Part shown: in pieces, positions 23,022 to 37,015 of the stretch | Position numbering within the stretch: position 1 is the stretch's first letter | Layout of the letters: every line of letters starts with the position of its first letter | Origin: Eledone cirrhosa | Taxonomy: Eukaryota | Length of the DNA: 64,000 nt | Assembly (NCBI GenBank): GCA_964016885.1 | Contig: OZ024741.1 | Location: 144,584,001-144,648,000 of the forward strand | Direction: 5' to 3' | Position numbers and translations under genes: made by a program | The notes under the pieces: generated by a model | The model's database searches: none | Told to the model about the DNA's origin: nothing | Seen by the model: the letters and a program-made list of their open reading frames with translations, nothing else

Positions 23022-25850
23022 ATCATCATCATCATCATCAGCATCATCATCATCATCGTTTAACGTCCATCTTCCACGCTAGCATGGGTCTGGATGGGAA
23101 TTGTCCCACTTGAGGCAAGATTGGTTGTCTTGCTCGTATAGGACTGTCTGGTGGGTTTTCTACGGCAGGATGCCCTTCCTAACACCAACCACATTTACAG
23201 TGTGGAACTGGGAGGTTTTTACCGTGTTACCTACACGGCCACATTACAGCGTCGACTGTGTGTTTTTTTGTCGTGACACCTACACGACCTCATTTGTTTC
23301 GGACTGGATGTTGTGGTACCAACATAACTTTACATTTGAAGGGGTGGTGTGGATGGGGTGGGGGTAGTGGGACAGGGATGTATTTTTGTTAGAGGTGCCT
23401 ACCTACTGTAGGTTTCGCTTTGTACTTAGGCAAGGCAGGTCTTCTGTATTACTGCGTAGCGCTAAAGATCTCAGTCCAGTGACATTGTCTTGGAGAGGTG
23501 TAAGTGTGTGAGGTCGGAATTTATCAAGTCGTCCCAGGTTTTTCTGGGTCTGCCTAATCCGTGGCTACTGTCTATTTTTATCGCCCTGCACTTTTTTATA
23601 CAGCTGTTGTCTTTCATGCGCATCACGTAACCGTACCAACGTAGTCTTCTCTCGAGTAAACAGCATCTGATCCCTCTTATTCCTAATTTCTCCCTTAGTT
23701 CGTTTATGCTTTGCCGTTCACGTATATAACTATTACACATCCACCGGAGCATGCAAGCTTCCTTCCTCTCCAGTCTGCATATATCCTCTGCACTGAATGC
23801 CCAGGTCTCACTGCCATGTAACATTGCTGTTCGTATGCAGGCATCATACAGCTTGCCTTTCATTTTTAGAGAGAACCTTTTAGCGGTCAATAGTGGTATA
23901 AGCTCTCTGAACTTTTTCCATCCCGTTCTGACTCTAGCTACTGTACTTTCAGAGCACCCTCCACCACTGCTGATTTTGTCACCCAGGTAACGGAAGCTGT
24001 CCACTATTTCTATAGAACCATCTGTGCAATGGAATGAGCTAGTATTCTGTGGGCACTTGCTGCTACTTATTGCACCAGAGCACCAGCCACATATAAAATC
24101 TATATTCTTAGTTAGCTTACCTGTGATCCCACTACATCTTTTATGCACCCATTCTTTGCATTTGGGACATAAAATGGAGTTTCTGCCTACTCCTTTCCTA
24201 CACACTGAGCATGGCCATTTCCCAGGTGGGACTGGTGCCCTATTTTCCTTCCTACAAACTAGAACTTTAGTCTTAGACAGGTTAATTTTAAGGCCTCTTG
24301 ATTCTAGGCCATGCTTCCATGTTTGGAATTTTTTCTCTAGTTCGGCCATTGATTCAGCTATGAGCATTTGATCATCTGCATATAGGAGTTCCCATGGGCA
24401 GCCGGTCTTGAACTCCTCTGTTATAGCCTGAAGGGCAATAATAAATAGGAGGGGGCTAAGGACGGAGCCCTGATGAACACCAACTTTTACGCTAAACTCT
24501 TCACTATATTCGTTGTTAATTCTAACCTTGCTGACTGTTTCTTTATACATGGCTTGTATAGCTCTCACAAGCCATTCATCAACACCTAGTTTTCTAAGAG
24601 CCCACCAGATAATGGAGTGGAGGACTCTGTCAAAGGCTTTCTCTAAGTCAACAAAAGCTAAGTATAGGGGTTTACTTTTAGCTAGGTACTTCTCCTGTAG
24701 TTGTTGTACAATGAAAAGAGCGTCTGTGGTACTTTTACCTGACACAAACCCAAACTGCATTTCATCTAAATCAATTCGGTCTCTGATTAGTTGCGCTATT
24801 ACTTTTTCTGTGACCTTCATGACCTGGTCGATTAATTTAATGCCTCTATAGTTACCCCTTCTAGGGCATCTCCTTTACCCTTGTAGCAGTTAATGATGAT
24901 GCTGCTACGCCAGTCCTTCGGAACGACCCCATTCTATATGACTTGGTTTACTATCCGGGTGACCATAGTGTGTCCCACCGTGCCAGATGCTTTCAGCATT
25001 TCAGCAACTATTTCCGAAGGCCTTGCCCGTCTTCATGTCTTTGATCACCTTACTTATTATACTAATACTACCTTCAACTTGCACGGCTGGTCCCTCTATT
25101 GGGTCGATGTGGGGGAGACTGTCTTTCTCCCAATTATTCTCCTCATTTAGCAGCCTTCCTAGTGACACTTCCAAGCTACCTTCTTATCAGCATCAGTTAT
25201 GGCAAGTACACCATCATCATTAAGGACACACTTCTCCCCGACAATATCACTGTTTTTCTTGACACATTGCCTAGCAATCCTGAACACCTCACGTTTTTGG
25301 TCCTCACGTTGTAGAACATGCTTGAACTTTCTTTCCTCTGCTTCCCTTCTTGCGAAGTACACTTGTCCCCTAGCTTCCCTCCTGGCCACTTGATAGTCTT
25401 CTCTACTTCCCCCATCCGGCCATACTTTCCAAGCCTGCTTTTTGGCCTTAATTGACTGCTCCACCTTACTGTTCCACCACCACATTACTCTCCTCCTGCC
25501 TATAGGCCTGCTCCAGCCACAAACTTCATCTGCCACCTTCAGCAGGTTAGCTTTCAGGAATTCCCACTGTTCTTCTATATTGTACGACTCTAATTGCTCT
25601 TCCTTACTGTCAAAAGCATCAAGTAATATGCTTTTAAATTTATTACTGGCTGTGGGGTCCTTTAGCTTCCATATTTTTCTCCTGAGGATAGTCCTCCTTT
25701 GTTGTCGAGTACGTCTTGTCCTGACTATGAGGTCGCTGACTATGATTCTATGTTGGGAGGTGCATTTTTCATGGGGGAGGGATTTAGTGTTTACAACAGA
25801 CACTCTATCACGTCTTCTGTATATGTATATAAAATCATCACCATCCTCAC
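23022..25850 (-). mobile_element. RTE-clade LINE, 5'-truncated (endonuclease tail SQHR through RT to 3'UTR), frameshifted
   Basis: ORFs 25159-25803 and 23471-24820; same family as 20074-22157; (ATC)n tail at 23022-23057. Confidence 0.96.
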
Positions 25851-26832
25851 TGCTTTATGTCTATTTTCTATGATTGCATGCGTTAGGTAGGTTATCATAT
25901 TCTGAGGCTAGTAAGATCAGATGACTGTATCTTCTTAATACATTTCATTTTAGTATTGTTTCAATGACTTGATGCTCTTCTTAATGCCAACCACTTCACT
26001 GTGTGTTCTGGTTTCATGTTACCATGGCACCACCACTTGACTGAGTGAACTGGGTGCTTTTTTCATGGCTCTAGCACTACCACTTTACAGAGTGGGCAGG
26101 ATGTATTTTATCATAATACCAGCTCTTCCACTTTTTAGTATGGGCTGAGGAACCAGCACTATCACATTTCAGCACTAGTTTGCTTTTACTCAGCTTGACT
26201 GTGAAGACAGCAATAGCGAATTGAGGAGAATGTAGTTTAGGTTACCTGTTGCTAGCCCATAAAGGGAGGAGGGGTAGCCCTAAGGGAAGGGAGTGAAGTT
26301 TGGCAGGGTTGCGGGCTGCACTCAGGTTTTTACAGTCATGGTTAGGCAAGGAAGGGGAAATCCAGGAACAAATTAGGTGGTGTGAGTTGTGAGGAGAGGG
26401 TGAAAGAAAGTAAATGTTGGGTTGTGGTATGGTCTTGGGGAGAAAGTGTGAGTAAGATGTGAGAAGAGGAACCAGGGATATGAATGAACTCACACACACA
26501 CATATGTATGTTGTGTGATAAGGGTCTATTAAGAAAGAGAATGTTGAATAAAAATCATGTTTTATATGTTATCATTATAAGCATTGTTTGACTTTTAAGT
26601 CACTTCTAAGTCTACAATGCTTTTAAAAATTTATATTGCTTCAAACCAATTCAAACTTAGTCTACACCCTAGTCTGATGACTGATGTAAACTACAATTTT
26701 TATACTTTTTACTCTTTCTACTTTCAACTTCCAAAATTAAATCTATTATTCTCAAAAGACATTAAATTTGTAATACATCTAGAATGAACCATTAAAATTG
26801 GCAGGAACACAGTACTATTTCTACTACAACTT

Positions 26833-26867
<35 letters not shown>

Positions 26868-27060
26868 CCTCCTGCTGCTAGTGTCTGTATGTCCTACTGA
26901 CTATTCATCCTTTGGCCAAAGCACAGCACTAATGTAAGGGTCTTACATGCTAATTTACTGAGATTTGTAATTGGAAGTTACCGTTCTACGACACGGGTCT
27001 ATTAAGACTGAAAATTGCCCATAAAAACCACATTTCATAGGTTTTCATCATAAGCATTGT

Positions 27061-29097
27061 TCATCATCATCATCATCACCGTTTTACGTCCGTTCTTCCA
27101 CGCTAGCATGGGTTAGACGGGTTGTCCTGTTGTGGGCAGTGCCCGGTCGGCTGACCTTGTCTTGCTCATACGGGAACTGATTCTGGCTTGATTTCTACAG
27201 CTGGATGCCCTTCCTAACACCAACCTCATTTACAGTGAGTGCTGGGTGCTTTTTTTCCGTGGCGCCTACACATGCACTTTACAGTGTGAGCTGGGTGCTT
27301 TTTTGCCGTGGCACCTCCACGACCACTTTGCAGTGGGAGGGGGTGCGGGCATATTGTCTATATGCTTCAGCTTCGGTTTGTACCCATGGGAGGTTGGGTA
27401 CTCTGTATTACTGTGTGACGCCAGAGGTCATGGTTGTGTGTCATCGCCTTTGAGAGGTGTAATTGGGAAAGGTCGGCTTTTATCATCTCATCCCAGGTCT
27501 TCTTGGGTCTCCCCACTCCGCGGTTTCCATCGACTTCTAGTGCTCTGCACCTTTTTATGCAGCTGTCATCCTTCATACGCATCACATGTCCATACTAACA
27601 CAACCACCTCTCCTGCACACAGCGTTTGATTCCTCTTATGCCCAGTCTCTCTCTCAATTCATTTATGCTTTGCCGTTCGCGTATATTACTATTATACATC
27701 CATCTGAGCATGCAGGCTTCGTTTCTTTCTAATCTACACAAGTCTTCCACAGACAGCGCCTAGGTCTCACTACCATGTAACATTGCTGTTTGCATACACG
27801 CATCATACAGTCAGCCTTTCATTTTGAGGGAAAAGCCTTTTGCAGCTAGCAGTGGCAGTAGCTCCCTGAACTTCTTCCATCCCGTTCTTACCCTAGTTAT
27901 TGTACTTTCTGAACACCCACCTCCGCTGCTAATTCAGTCACCTAGGTAGCAGAAGCTGTCTACTGTTTCTACAGAGCCCTCCCAGAGATTGGTTGTACTT
28001 GTTTCCTGTGGTTGTTTGCTGCTTGCTGTCCCAGCACAGCTGCTACATGTGAAGCCTACATTCTTAATTAAGCTTCCTGAGATCCCGCTATATCTCTTGT
28101 GTACCCATTGTTTGCATTTGGGGCAGAGAATGGAGTTCCTACCTACACCTTTCCTACATACTGAGCAAGGCCATTTCCCTGAGGGGATCTGAGTTCTGTT
28201 TTCTCGTCTACTTACAGGGACCTTAGTCTTTGTCAGGTTGACTTTGAGACCCTTTCTTTCTAGTCCCTGCTTCCAAGTTTGGAATTTCTTCTCTAGTTCT
28301 ACCATAGATTCAGCTATAAGTTCGAGGTCATCTGCATACAGGAGTTCCTATGGGCATCTGGTTTTAAACTCCTCCGTTATTGCCTGCAGGACTATGATGA
28401 ACAGGAGAGGGCTAAGAACAGAGCCCTGATGGACACCAACCTGTATACTAAATTCCTCGCTATACTCATTGCTAATCCTAACTTTGCTGACTGCTCCCCT
28501 ATACATAGCTTGTACAGCTTTCACAAGCCATTCATCTACTCCTAGTTTTCTAAGAGCCTACCAGATTATAGCACGTGGAACTCTGTCAAAGGCTTTCTTG
28601 AGATTGACGAATGCCAGGTACTTTTCCTGTAACTGCCTCACAAGGAAGAGGGCATCAGTGGTGTCTCTTCCTGGCACAAACCCAAATTGCATCTCATCTA
28701 GTTTCACCCGGTCCCTAATCAACTGTGTAATAACTCTTTCTGTTACTTTCATGACCTGGTCCATCAGCTTTATACCTCTATAGTTTCCTCTATCTAGTGC
28801 ATCACCTTTACCTTTGTAGCAGTTGACAATGATGCTACTGCACCAATCCTTTGGTATGACACCTTCTAGTATTACCTGGTTAACAATATGTGTGGTTATG
28901 GTGTGACCTACTGACCCAGATGCCTTCAGCATCTCGGCAGCTATACCTGATGGACCAGTTGCCTTCCCCGTCTTCATATCTTTGATTGCCTTACTTACTA
29001 CGCTGCTGCTGACTTGTACTGCTGGCCCCTCTATAGTGTCTACTTGGGGTAGGGTCTCCTCTTCCCATGCATTCTTCTCATTTAGTAATCTATCATA
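27061..29097 (-). mobile_element. RTE-clade LINE, sister subfamily, 5'-truncated, with stops
   Basis: ORF pieces 28558-28977, 27934-28305, 27367-27585; its 3'UTR is the one shared with the SINE. Confidence 0.95.
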
Positions 29098-29309
29098 ATG
29101 GCTCTTCCACGCATTTAAATCAAAGGGAGAGAGCGCGAGAGAGAGAGGGGGGGGGGTCTCAACCTCAGTTCTGGACTGGTACTGTATTTATTGACCTTGA
29201 TGAAATGAAAAGCAAAGTTGATATCAGAGCATGGAAAGCTGGAACAAATACCACAAAGCAGTCTGTCTAATATTCTAATAACCTTACCAATTCTCTGCCC
29301 TGCAACCTT

Positions 29310-29465
29310 TTTTGCCCACTTATTCCTGAGAGGGTCATGGGGGCAGAGTCCTCAAACACTCCTTCTAGCGGGTCCCGTCAGAAGGAACCGTCTCCAACTG
29401 ATCCGGCTGGATCCCCAAGTGAGACCAGCCAAGCTCATGAATGTTATCCAACCATCTAGCTTGCT
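29310..29465 (-). mobile_element. RTE family 2, 3' fragment
   Basis: Reverse complement of ~17820-17970. Confidence 0.8.
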
Positions 29466-30566
29466 GTTTTACTCATCTTGAAACATGTCTTAACCAAAAC
29501 CAAACAACTAATCTAAGGCCTCCATACCAGATTACCCATTAAACATTCAAATTGCATGGCTATATTCTCTCCAGCATGATATATACACTGAATATTAAAC
29601 CTTATGTGTGATATTCTTTTACAAGATATAAAAAAACAAATCAGAAACATTGTTTCATTTATTGAATTGTTTCATGCAAAAATATAAAGCGGTAAAAACA
29701 ATATTGTAAATATTGTTGTTGATGGTGTTGTTGATGATGCAGTTATTCAATCATATATGCCAATAATATTGAACTTTAGTCAATATTGATGCCATTTATC
29801 TTCTTTGCTCTTTTATTTTTCTATAACATTAATATAGATGGAAATATTCGATGATAACATTATGCAATATTCTTCTTCCACTTATTATTTTCATGGTTAT
29901 TTCCAAATTTTTGGAATGGTGGGTTGGCAGAATCATTTGAGTGTTGGACAAAATGGTTTGCGATATTTAGTTATGACTTTCTATATTTTGAGTTTAAGTC
30001 CTGCCAAGGTTAACTTCATTTTTCATCCTTTCAGAGTTGATAAAATAAAGTACTAGACAAGTACTGGGGTCAATTTGATTGCTGTTTTTTTCCCCCTAAA
30101 GTAGAAACAACAACACCACGACCAGCAGCGGCAGCACTATTGCTGCTACTGCCAGCACCAACATCACCTCCACCATCATCCTCAGAATGGGGGATTGAGT
30201 GTATTGGAGAGTATTGGACAAAGTGTCATGTGTTCTAACTTTTTACATTCCGAGTTCAAATCCTGACACAATCAACTTTACCTTACTTCCTTCTAAGGTT
30301 GATAAAATAAGTACCAGTTAAGTACAGGGGTCGATTTAATTGACTTCCTCTCTTTCAAATTGTTGGCTTTGTGGCTAAATTAGAAAGTATTAGTATCGAT
30401 GATAATATTATGTAATTTTTTCTTTCCCCCACCACCCACTAGCATCAATATCATCATCATGGTGACGGATTAGCAGAATTGTTAGAGTTTCAAACAAAAT
30501 ACTTTGCAGTATTTGTTCCAGCTCTTTATGTCTTGAGTTGTTAAGGTTAAAACAAAAGTTACTCAC

Positions 30567-30698
30567 TTTTTTGGCACTTTTATACATAACATCTTGCAGC
30601 AATGGGCTTGTATATACATCAAGTTTGTCAACAAAATCAACAGCATAATCCACATTTAGATATGCGATGCCACGCTCATATAATTCTTTCATATGTTC
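30567..30698 (-). CDS. GCPII/NAALADase-like exon (132 bp): EHMKELYERGIAYLNVDYAVDFVDKLDVYTSPLLQDVMYKSAKK
   Basis: ttccag| and |gtgagt; YLNVD carries the D453-equivalent zinc ligand; phase 0-0. Confidence 0.94.
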
Positions 30699-32047
30699 CT
30701 GGAACAGAAAAAGATAAAACATTTGAAAGAATATTCAATATAATATTAAAAAGAGACTAGAAACAAAAAAAATTGAGATTCAACCCTTTTCATACCAAAC
30801 CAGTTTTGTTTCTATGAAATAAAACCATCAATTTTAAAAGGTCCCTATTCTCAGCCTAATTTTATATAATAACTATTTGTTAAATTATGCTACAAATTCC
30901 ATTTTGATAAGGAAACTTTTAGAAAATCCTTCCAAATTCTTCATTAATCAATCAAAACAGTGTATTTCATTAGAAATATGGTCATGAATGTAAACTTATA
31001 TCTTAAGGTATATGGATCAGAGCACTTCATTGATGAGATACTTTTATATTTATGACAACCCCTAAGCAAAAGTTGTGCAAGAGCCCTGTAGAACTTTCTA
31101 TAGTCTATGTAATATAACATAGTCTAATCTAAAGTAATCAGAGTGTAGGTGATGTAACCATAGTGTATGTGATGTAACTATAGCATATATCATCTAGCCA
31201 TGGTGTGATGTAATCTAACCATATAATATTGATTCTTATGCCACTAAACATACAACCAGTTGCATTTTTCTCTATCTGGAAGATGAACTACATTTGATTT
31301 CATTGACTCAAGAATATTGCAAATATTCATTTTATCTACCTTTGGACGACCCAAATATTAAATTTATATCATTGATATGTGAACCCTGAATATGAATGTA
31401 GGTATTGAGTTTGGGGGATAAATATAAAATATGTAGTCAAAAGCTTTGCTGTTTCTATTAATTCCACTCTTCATTAATCTTTTTGATACCAACTCAGTCA
31501 AAGCCAGTTCTGGTTCTATGAAACAAAACCAGTCGTTTAAATGTTGTAATATTAGTGGTTTGAGGGAAACCAACATGTTTCAATGCAGAATCAAAATGAT
31601 GAGAATAAAACTAACCAGAATATTCTATCACTACAGTGTTTGTCAAAAGTCGAAATAATATTATTGCTAACATACACCTAATGATGAATAAAATATTATG
31701 GAAAGGCATAAAGGGAAAGAACTATGCTGTCTTCTGGACCTTTCTCCTGCAAGACCTATAAAATAAAAAAAAATAAAATAAAAGAGGGATAGAGCCCTAT
31801 GCCCCCTTCCCCTCACCTATGTCCACCACTTCTGGCAGCATGACTGGGCACTTTTACCGATTCTGGACTTGTCCCTTGTTATATAACTCTGAAGAAGAGA
31901 TTTTATCTCAAAATATCAGGACAGATAAATAAATAAGGTAACACATAACATCGTGTTTTGTCTTATTTCCTTGTTAGTCCATTTCAGATTGTTGTGGCTT
32001 TCACATTTTTCTATACCATACAAAATGCTTTGAGCAAACTACAACTT

Positions 32048-32258
<211 letters not shown>

Positions 32259-32315
32259 CATACATACATACATATATATATATACATACATACATACATA
32301 TATACGTACAAATGG

Positions 32316-32652
32316 ATGGCTTAGTGGTTAGAGCATTGGCCTTGCAATCGAAAGGTTGTGAGTTCAATTCTCAGACCGGGTGATGTGTTGTTTCCTTGAG
32401 CAAGATACTTTATTTCACATTGCCCCAGTTTACTCAGCTGTAGAAATGAGATGATAGGGACTGGGGTCCCTATCATTCCACTGCAAAGTGGTCGTGGAGG
32501 TGCCACGGCAAAAACGCACCCAGCACTCACTGTAAATAAGGTTGGTGTTAGGAAGGGCATCCAGCTGTAGAAATCAAGCCAGAATCAGTTCCCGTTCCAC
32601 CCTTGCAAGCAGGGAAAAGCGGACGTAAAATGATGATGATGATGATGATGAT
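32316..32652 (+). mobile_element. tRNA-derived SINE with (GAT)n tail
   Basis: Near-identical to 2190-2513. Confidence 0.9.
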
Positions 32653-32669
32653 ACATACATACATATATA

Positions 32670-33477
32670 TCTATATACATAAATGGCAATTTCCGTCTGT
32701 TTGTTTGTGAACCTAAAACTCAAAAACTACCAAACTGATTTTGATGAAACTTGACACGTATATGGGGCTCATGCCCATTGATTGCTTACATATATTTCAT
32801 TTTAATCAAAGGGTTCCCGGGGTCTCAAACCCCCGCTGAAAATTTTTTCTCTTTGATTTATATGAAATTTAAACCACAGGTAAATGACAAGATATGATGC
32901 CTATTCACAGAATTTCAGCAAATTTCAATAACATTAAGACACCCTAATGGGGGTTAAACCCCCTATAGTGAAAATTTTGGCCAATAAATGGAACAAGATT
33001 TCATGAACTCCTCCTATGATTTTGGAGATAGGCCCCCATAACCATATATATTCTGAAACTACATTGCCCAGAGTACTTGGATAAGTATATTTCATTTTAA
33101 TTAAAAGGTTCCCTGGGGGCACAAACTGCCGCTGAAAATGTTTTACCTTCGATTTATATTAAATTTAAACTATAGGTAAATGACAGATATGATGCCTATT
33201 CACAAAATTTCAGCAAATTTCAATAATATTAAGACACCCTAATGGGGGTTCTATTTTTTTCCTTATAGCAACACTCAACTTCTCTGACAAACATTTTTTC
33301 ACCTGACCAATGTAATCAACAATATTTGTTTCTATTATTGTTTCGTAAATGAATTTGTCTTCGCTTTTGATTATCTGTCCTATATTTTGATTTCATTTTT
33401 GGTCTGAGAGGCATTGGGCATTTTAATGGGAACTGGGAGTACCCCTGCTCCCGGGTATTACTGGGTACCTCAGCTAG
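32670..33477 (+). mobile_element. Non-autonomous Helitron
   Basis: A|TCTATATA 5' end; 3' hairpin cccgg..ctggg then CTAG|T; internal ~165-bp direct repeat (32791 and 33086). Confidence 0.75.
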
Positions 33478-33491
33478 TATATATATATATA

Positions 33492-33850
33492 CTAGCTGAC
33501 GTACCCAGCTTCGCCCGGGTAAACAGATGATAAGAGAAGACAGGTAAAAGAGAAAATGACTGTATTGGATGTTTGTCTGGTCACAGTATGAGGTGAGTCC
33601 GTGGTGTCTGTGTGATACAAAAAACAGTAAAAAAAATCTTCCAGATATACCAGATTCTTCATTGTACCGTTTGTGCATAGTATATGAACAATTCTAGGTG
33701 CTCCCACCTAAAATAGTGACCTCTAGGAGATGGTTAATCTTCTGCCTGACTGTAAAACATATATCATTGCATAGATGTGGTTGTTCCACGTTTCTCAAAA
33801 GGATTATGGAAGTTCCAATCTTTTATATTATATGTAGATATAGATATAGA
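33492..33850 (-). mobile_element. Deleted Helitron retaining the RepHel C-terminus
   Basis: TCTATATC 5' end; VGAPRIVHILCTNGTMKNLVYLE resembles the Pif1-helicase tail; cccgggcgaagctggg hairpin plus CTAG|T. Confidence 0.8.
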
Positions 33851-34648
33851 TAATTAATATAAAAAATGTCCGCCAATGTAAAAAGGGTCCCTATTTACTT
33901 GAAATATAGTTTATACAAATGCCAAATTAATATGGATATGGACAACATGCTTATCTATAAGTGGTCAGCTATAATAATAAAACGACAAATTATATGACAC
34001 AAACATTTATTCAGTAATTTCCAGGCTCTTAGCCACTGAGTAATAGACAGTCAATGTTGCCCAGAGTTCAACTCGGGGAGGTGGCCTGGTTTGAATTCCA
34101 AATGGTGGATCCTTCTACTTCGAAAATAGAATCGTTTTTCAATATTACTCTAGCCCTGGCCAGCCATAGGATCCAAACTTTTTGCCAGACTCAGCATATG
34201 ATGAGGTTTTATTACCACCGCAATCAGAAGCGACGCACGCAAACTTACACACGCACCCGTGCACTTACACACACGCACACACATGTTGATAGTTTTTACT
34301 TTCTGTGGAACGCTGCATGCACACACACACATGCGCACATACATACACACGCACACATGTTAATAGTTATTGTTTTCCTTCCCCTCTTATTTCCACACAC
34401 ATCACACACACATGTCTCTACACTGACACATATATATAGTGTATCCAACACAGCGTTCACTTTGCCTCTCTGTTTCTTACTCTCCCCTCTCACTCCCTCA
34501 TTGGCATTATGCATACTAATTTAAGTTTGGCATCGTTCAGGTGGGCAGAGTCGTTTGAAACCTATGGACCAATGATAATCGAGAATTATGACACACGGAA
34601 TACTGACATTGTTGAAATTAATATATAGATATATATATATATACATAT

Positions 34649-34693
<45 letters not shown>

Positions 34694-34708
34694 CATATAT
34701 ATATATAT

Positions 34709-35315
34709 ACATGGTGGCTGCCAACTCGTTTTCGAGTACGGCCACTACTTTATATCCATGTAGGAGAACCCCTACCGATGCGCTGAACGAGTGTGACTTT
34801 TTAGTCCAGCCAGCGACTTGAAAACTCTCGTACAAACACTACACTTGTGACAATTATTGACACATAGTGCTGGGCCCATGGTACCATGTGACGACAAGTG
34901 CAGAGAGATCTCCAGATATAAAGCAATGCCTGTGCCGTGAAGCTTTTATAGTGAGCAAAGGCACTGCACAAAGTCAGTCCCACTCTCTTAACCAAGATGA
35001 TATTTACCAAAAAGAAGAACAAGTCAACATCATTGGATACCATCAGGGTTGCAGGTGTTATATCAGAGTTTTCCTTCTCCTAGAATTCTGCCTTGACAAA
35101 GGCTAAGAGGTCATCTCTCCCGGTGATTTTGGATGGCCATTGAATCTTAAGAGCTCCTTTGCCCTTTGACAGGTTTAGTTTTTAGTCCTGCAGGATGTCC
35201 AAAGTCACCCTCCTCACCAAGAAACCTTGGTGGGGTTGCCAGTTTAGTCATCAATGACCCGACCATGGGACAGGTTGTACTGGGATACATGTTACCAGTA
35301 GCACCAACTGGTGAC
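34709..35315 (-). mobile_element. Internally deleted RTE (BovB-like) derivative: 5'UTR-like segment joined to a C2H2 finger and 3' end
   Basis: CSVCTRVFKSLAGLKSHTRSAHR*; 3' end (ggccgtactcga...gcagcca) shared with 35586-35635. Confidence 0.6.
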
Positions 35316-35339
35316 ATACATACATATATATATACATAC

Positions 35340-35374
<35 letters not shown>

Positions 35375-35585
35375 CATACATACATAGATATATATATATA
35401 TATACATACATACATATATATATATACATACATACATATATATATATACATACATATACATACATACATATATATACATACATATACATACATACATATA
35501 TATATATACATATACATACATACATATATATATACATACATACATACATATATATATACATACATATATATATATACATACATAT

Positions 35586-35638
35586 ATGATGGCTGCCCCC
35601 CCCCCCCCCGTTATCGAGTATGGCCATTGCACGAGGAG

Positions 35639-35669
<31 letters not shown>

Positions 35670-36487
35670 TTAATAAATAAATAAAAAATAAAATAAAACA
35701 AAAAAAAGAAATATATATATATATATATACACACACATATACATATATACACATATATATATATACATACACAGATATACATTAATTACAATAATAATAA
35801 TAATAATAACAATAATAATAACGACAACAACAACAATAATAATATACATATACATATATATATATACACACACATGCACACTCATAAACATACCTATACA
35901 CACACACACACACACGATAGCAACTAACAGCGCTGCGATCGAATGTGGCTTTTTAGCCCAGCCAATGATCTAAAATGTCTTGCACAGAGTTGGCACCCAA
36001 AACATTCACTGGGAATAGCCGGCTGTGGTTGGAGTTCATGTACTTTTGCATGTTGCTTGAGCCCTCCTGCTGATTTACATTCTCTACCACATGTTTGCCA
36101 AGAATGATGAGTAGCATCTCCAACAGCAGCCTGGTAGTCAACCACTGGTCTTACTTTATGACTGCGAAGATGACTTTCGAGTTCAGCTTTGCTTAGGCAG
36201 AGTCTCGCACAGACGCTGCATGTCAGCACCATAGAAGGACCCTCGCCGTCTGGAAGTGCAACAGCAATGCCCTTCCTCACATCCCGCTTTACTTTCTCGT
36301 ATGCGATTCGAGATGCCTCAAAAGCAACTTTTCCCTCATATACAGTCTTTCTCCATTTATTACAATCAGCAGCAATATTTTCCCATGTATCAGCAGAGAT
36401 GTTAGCGTCTTTCAAAGAGGCTTTCAAGGAATCCTTATACCTCTTTTTTGGTTTATGTGGCGGTCGTTTTTCTTTAACCAACTCTCC
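35586..36487 (-). mobile_element. RTE (BovB-like) LINE 3' fragment with three C2H2-type fingers; 3'UTR split by a microsatellite
   Basis: YGEL...KPKKRYKDSLK...WE..A.D...WR, then three CxxC...LKSH/LKQH repeats; stop at 35924. Confidence 0.85.
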
Positions 36488-36855
36488 ATACATATATATA
36501 TATATATATACATACATATATACATATACATACATATATACATACACATATACATACACATACATATATACATACACATACATATACATATATTCATACA
36601 CACATATATATATATATACACACACATACATATATACACACACACACACATACATATATATACACACACATGCATATATATACACACACATACATATATA
36701 TACACATACATACATATACACACACATACAAACATATACACACACATACATACATACACACACACATACATATACACACACATACATACATATACACACA
36801 CATACATACATATACACACACATACATATACACACACATACATACATATATATAT

Positions 36856-37015
36856 ATGTGGTTGGTGTTAGGAAGGGCATCCAGCTGTAGAAAACCCGCC
36901 AGACAGTCCTATGCGAGCAAGACAATCACTCTTGCCTCAAGTGGGAAAACCCCCGTCCAAACCCATGCAAGCGTGGAACACGGACGTTAAACGATGATGA
37001 TCATGATGATGATGA
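36856..37015 (+). mobile_element. Solo RTE 3' tail
   Basis: Matches 21995-22150. Confidence 0.85.
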
